Assembly: GCF_006345805.1 (NCBI RefSeq)
Contig: NC_043025.1
Location: 8,742,001-8,806,000, forward strand
Length of the DNA stretch: 64,000 bases
Origin: Octopus sinensis
Taxonomy: Eukaryota
Direction of reading: 5' to 3'
A model generated the notes under the pieces. The model was not told where the DNA came from. It worked only from the letters and a program-made list of their open reading frames with translations, and did no database searches. The translations under genes were made by a program, and so were the position numbers. This document shows, in pieces, positions 62,566 through 64,000 of this stretch; position 1 is the first letter of the stretch; each line of letters starts with the position of its first letter.

Positions 62566-64000
62566 GAAGGTGTGTGGCTTAATGCTTAGGGCATTCGGCT
62601 CGTGGCCATAAGGTTGTAATTTCAATTCCTGGTGGTATGTCATGTCCTTGAGCAGGACCCTATATTTCCACACTCCTCCCCTCCATTCAGCTGACAAAAA
62701 TGAGTTCTACCAGTAATTCAAAAGGTTCGCCTTTTCACATTCTGTGTTATGATGAATCTCCCTGAGTATTAGATTAACGGTTCATATATCTGTGGAGTAC
62801 TCAGCCACTTTCACGTTACTTTCATGAGCAGCCTGTTTCCTTGATTAGCAAACTGGTTCTCTCATCGTCCTAACCGATGGAGTGCCAGTTTTCTATATAG
62901 ATTGTATCTGAGAACAGTTGATATTATAGTAGTTCCATGAGCAATCACAGAAAAATGGCACCAGGGCCAGTACCAAATACTAACAATAATTTCTTTCACC
63001 AGTCAAATAACAACGACCAGGTTCCAAGATTCAATTTAAACGTAAGAACGGAAATAAAACCAACAGTTAATAAACACAGAAAAGTGTGTTTATATTAACA
63101 TTAATATAATCTAAAAACCAATAAGAATGAGCATAAATATGGATGGGAAATGTTATTCAGATCATGTAGCAAGTGTTGATTATATATGGTTACAAACAAG
63201 GAGTTGTGTGTTCAAATCACATTAGGAATTCCTATTTTATTCCTCTTTGTATATTTTATACGTGAACATAAATACTTTGTTTATATGTAAACATATGTTC
63301 ACAGTTCATTACAGTCAAGACATTCAGTGAAATTAATTTAACGATCAATTCTCTTAGTATTAATATTGTAATTTTTATTTTATTTATCACAACAATATAT
63401 GTCCTAACCTGAGACATTCCGGGTACGTACCCTAACAAGAGATGACATCTCAGATCAAACAGTGGACTAATATTATTGTTTAGCATTTTCATAACATGAT
63501 AAATCATGAAGAATTTCTGGAGGATAACTTTGCAAAATATGTTGAAACTATCGATGCCATCTTTCACCAAATAAACATTCACAGCAACACAAAACAATTC
63601 ATTAAGCAAAACAATTAATTAAGCAATCAAAGCCTCTAATGTTGTTCTTTAATCGCTCAATTGAGATTTTCTCATTGAATCTTTTATTTTACCAAAAATC
63701 ATTCTCATGTTCTTGTAAGTAACATTGTCTTTATCAGATACTGATAAATCATTAATCAACTCTAATCACTCGCAATTGACTGTAAAAACATGATATTTAC
63801 TGAGGGAATCTGGCAGCTTTATTAATATTTCTGTTAGTCGCCGTTTAACTTGCTGTATCACTCATTAGTCTTATCTTGCAAACAGTATCATCTTGAAGTG
63901 TAGCAAACCTTGTATTTGGACGAAGACGAAGTTTGGTGGATGTGGTGATTGATAAAGTATCAATAAGGAAAGATACTTGGAAAAGTTTTTATCATAAATC

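Noticed and set aside
63256-63609. 117-aa minus-strand ORF as an intact gene
   Set aside because: No recognisable domain; protein-like signal shifts between frames, at best a decayed exon.

Overview
AT-rich, repeat-dense animal genomic DNA, most likely octopus (inferred from the tRNA-derived SINE families and (TA)n density). Host genes are few: the first coding exon of a CHEK2-like kinase (-, 1111-1237), a two-exon alpha-1,3-fucosyltransferase (-, 17498-23899, one frameshift), a two-exon RDH11/12-like short-chain dehydrogenase that looks pseudogenised (+, 30896-43017), and a death-domain exon (-, 59001-59203). The rest is SINEs, CR1/RTE LINE fragments, MITEs and micro/minisatellites. Main result: the window is full of type I hammerhead ribozyme (HHR) motifs. 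A ~473-bp tandem array (35745-40310) carries one HHR per monomer. A diverged ~475-bp relative (52361-53125) keeps the same fold with compensatory stem changes, an unusual U.U pair closing stem II and an AUA cleavage triplet. Both insertions sit in (TA)n, end at homologous positions and contain a head-to-head inversion, which fits a retrozyme (HHR circular or multimeric RNA) family. At least six further dispersed HHR motifs and a recurring HHR-like variant occur elsewhere. All structures were folded by eye, none was tested. Scattered indels suggest imperfect long-read consensus, so single-base lesions need confirmation.
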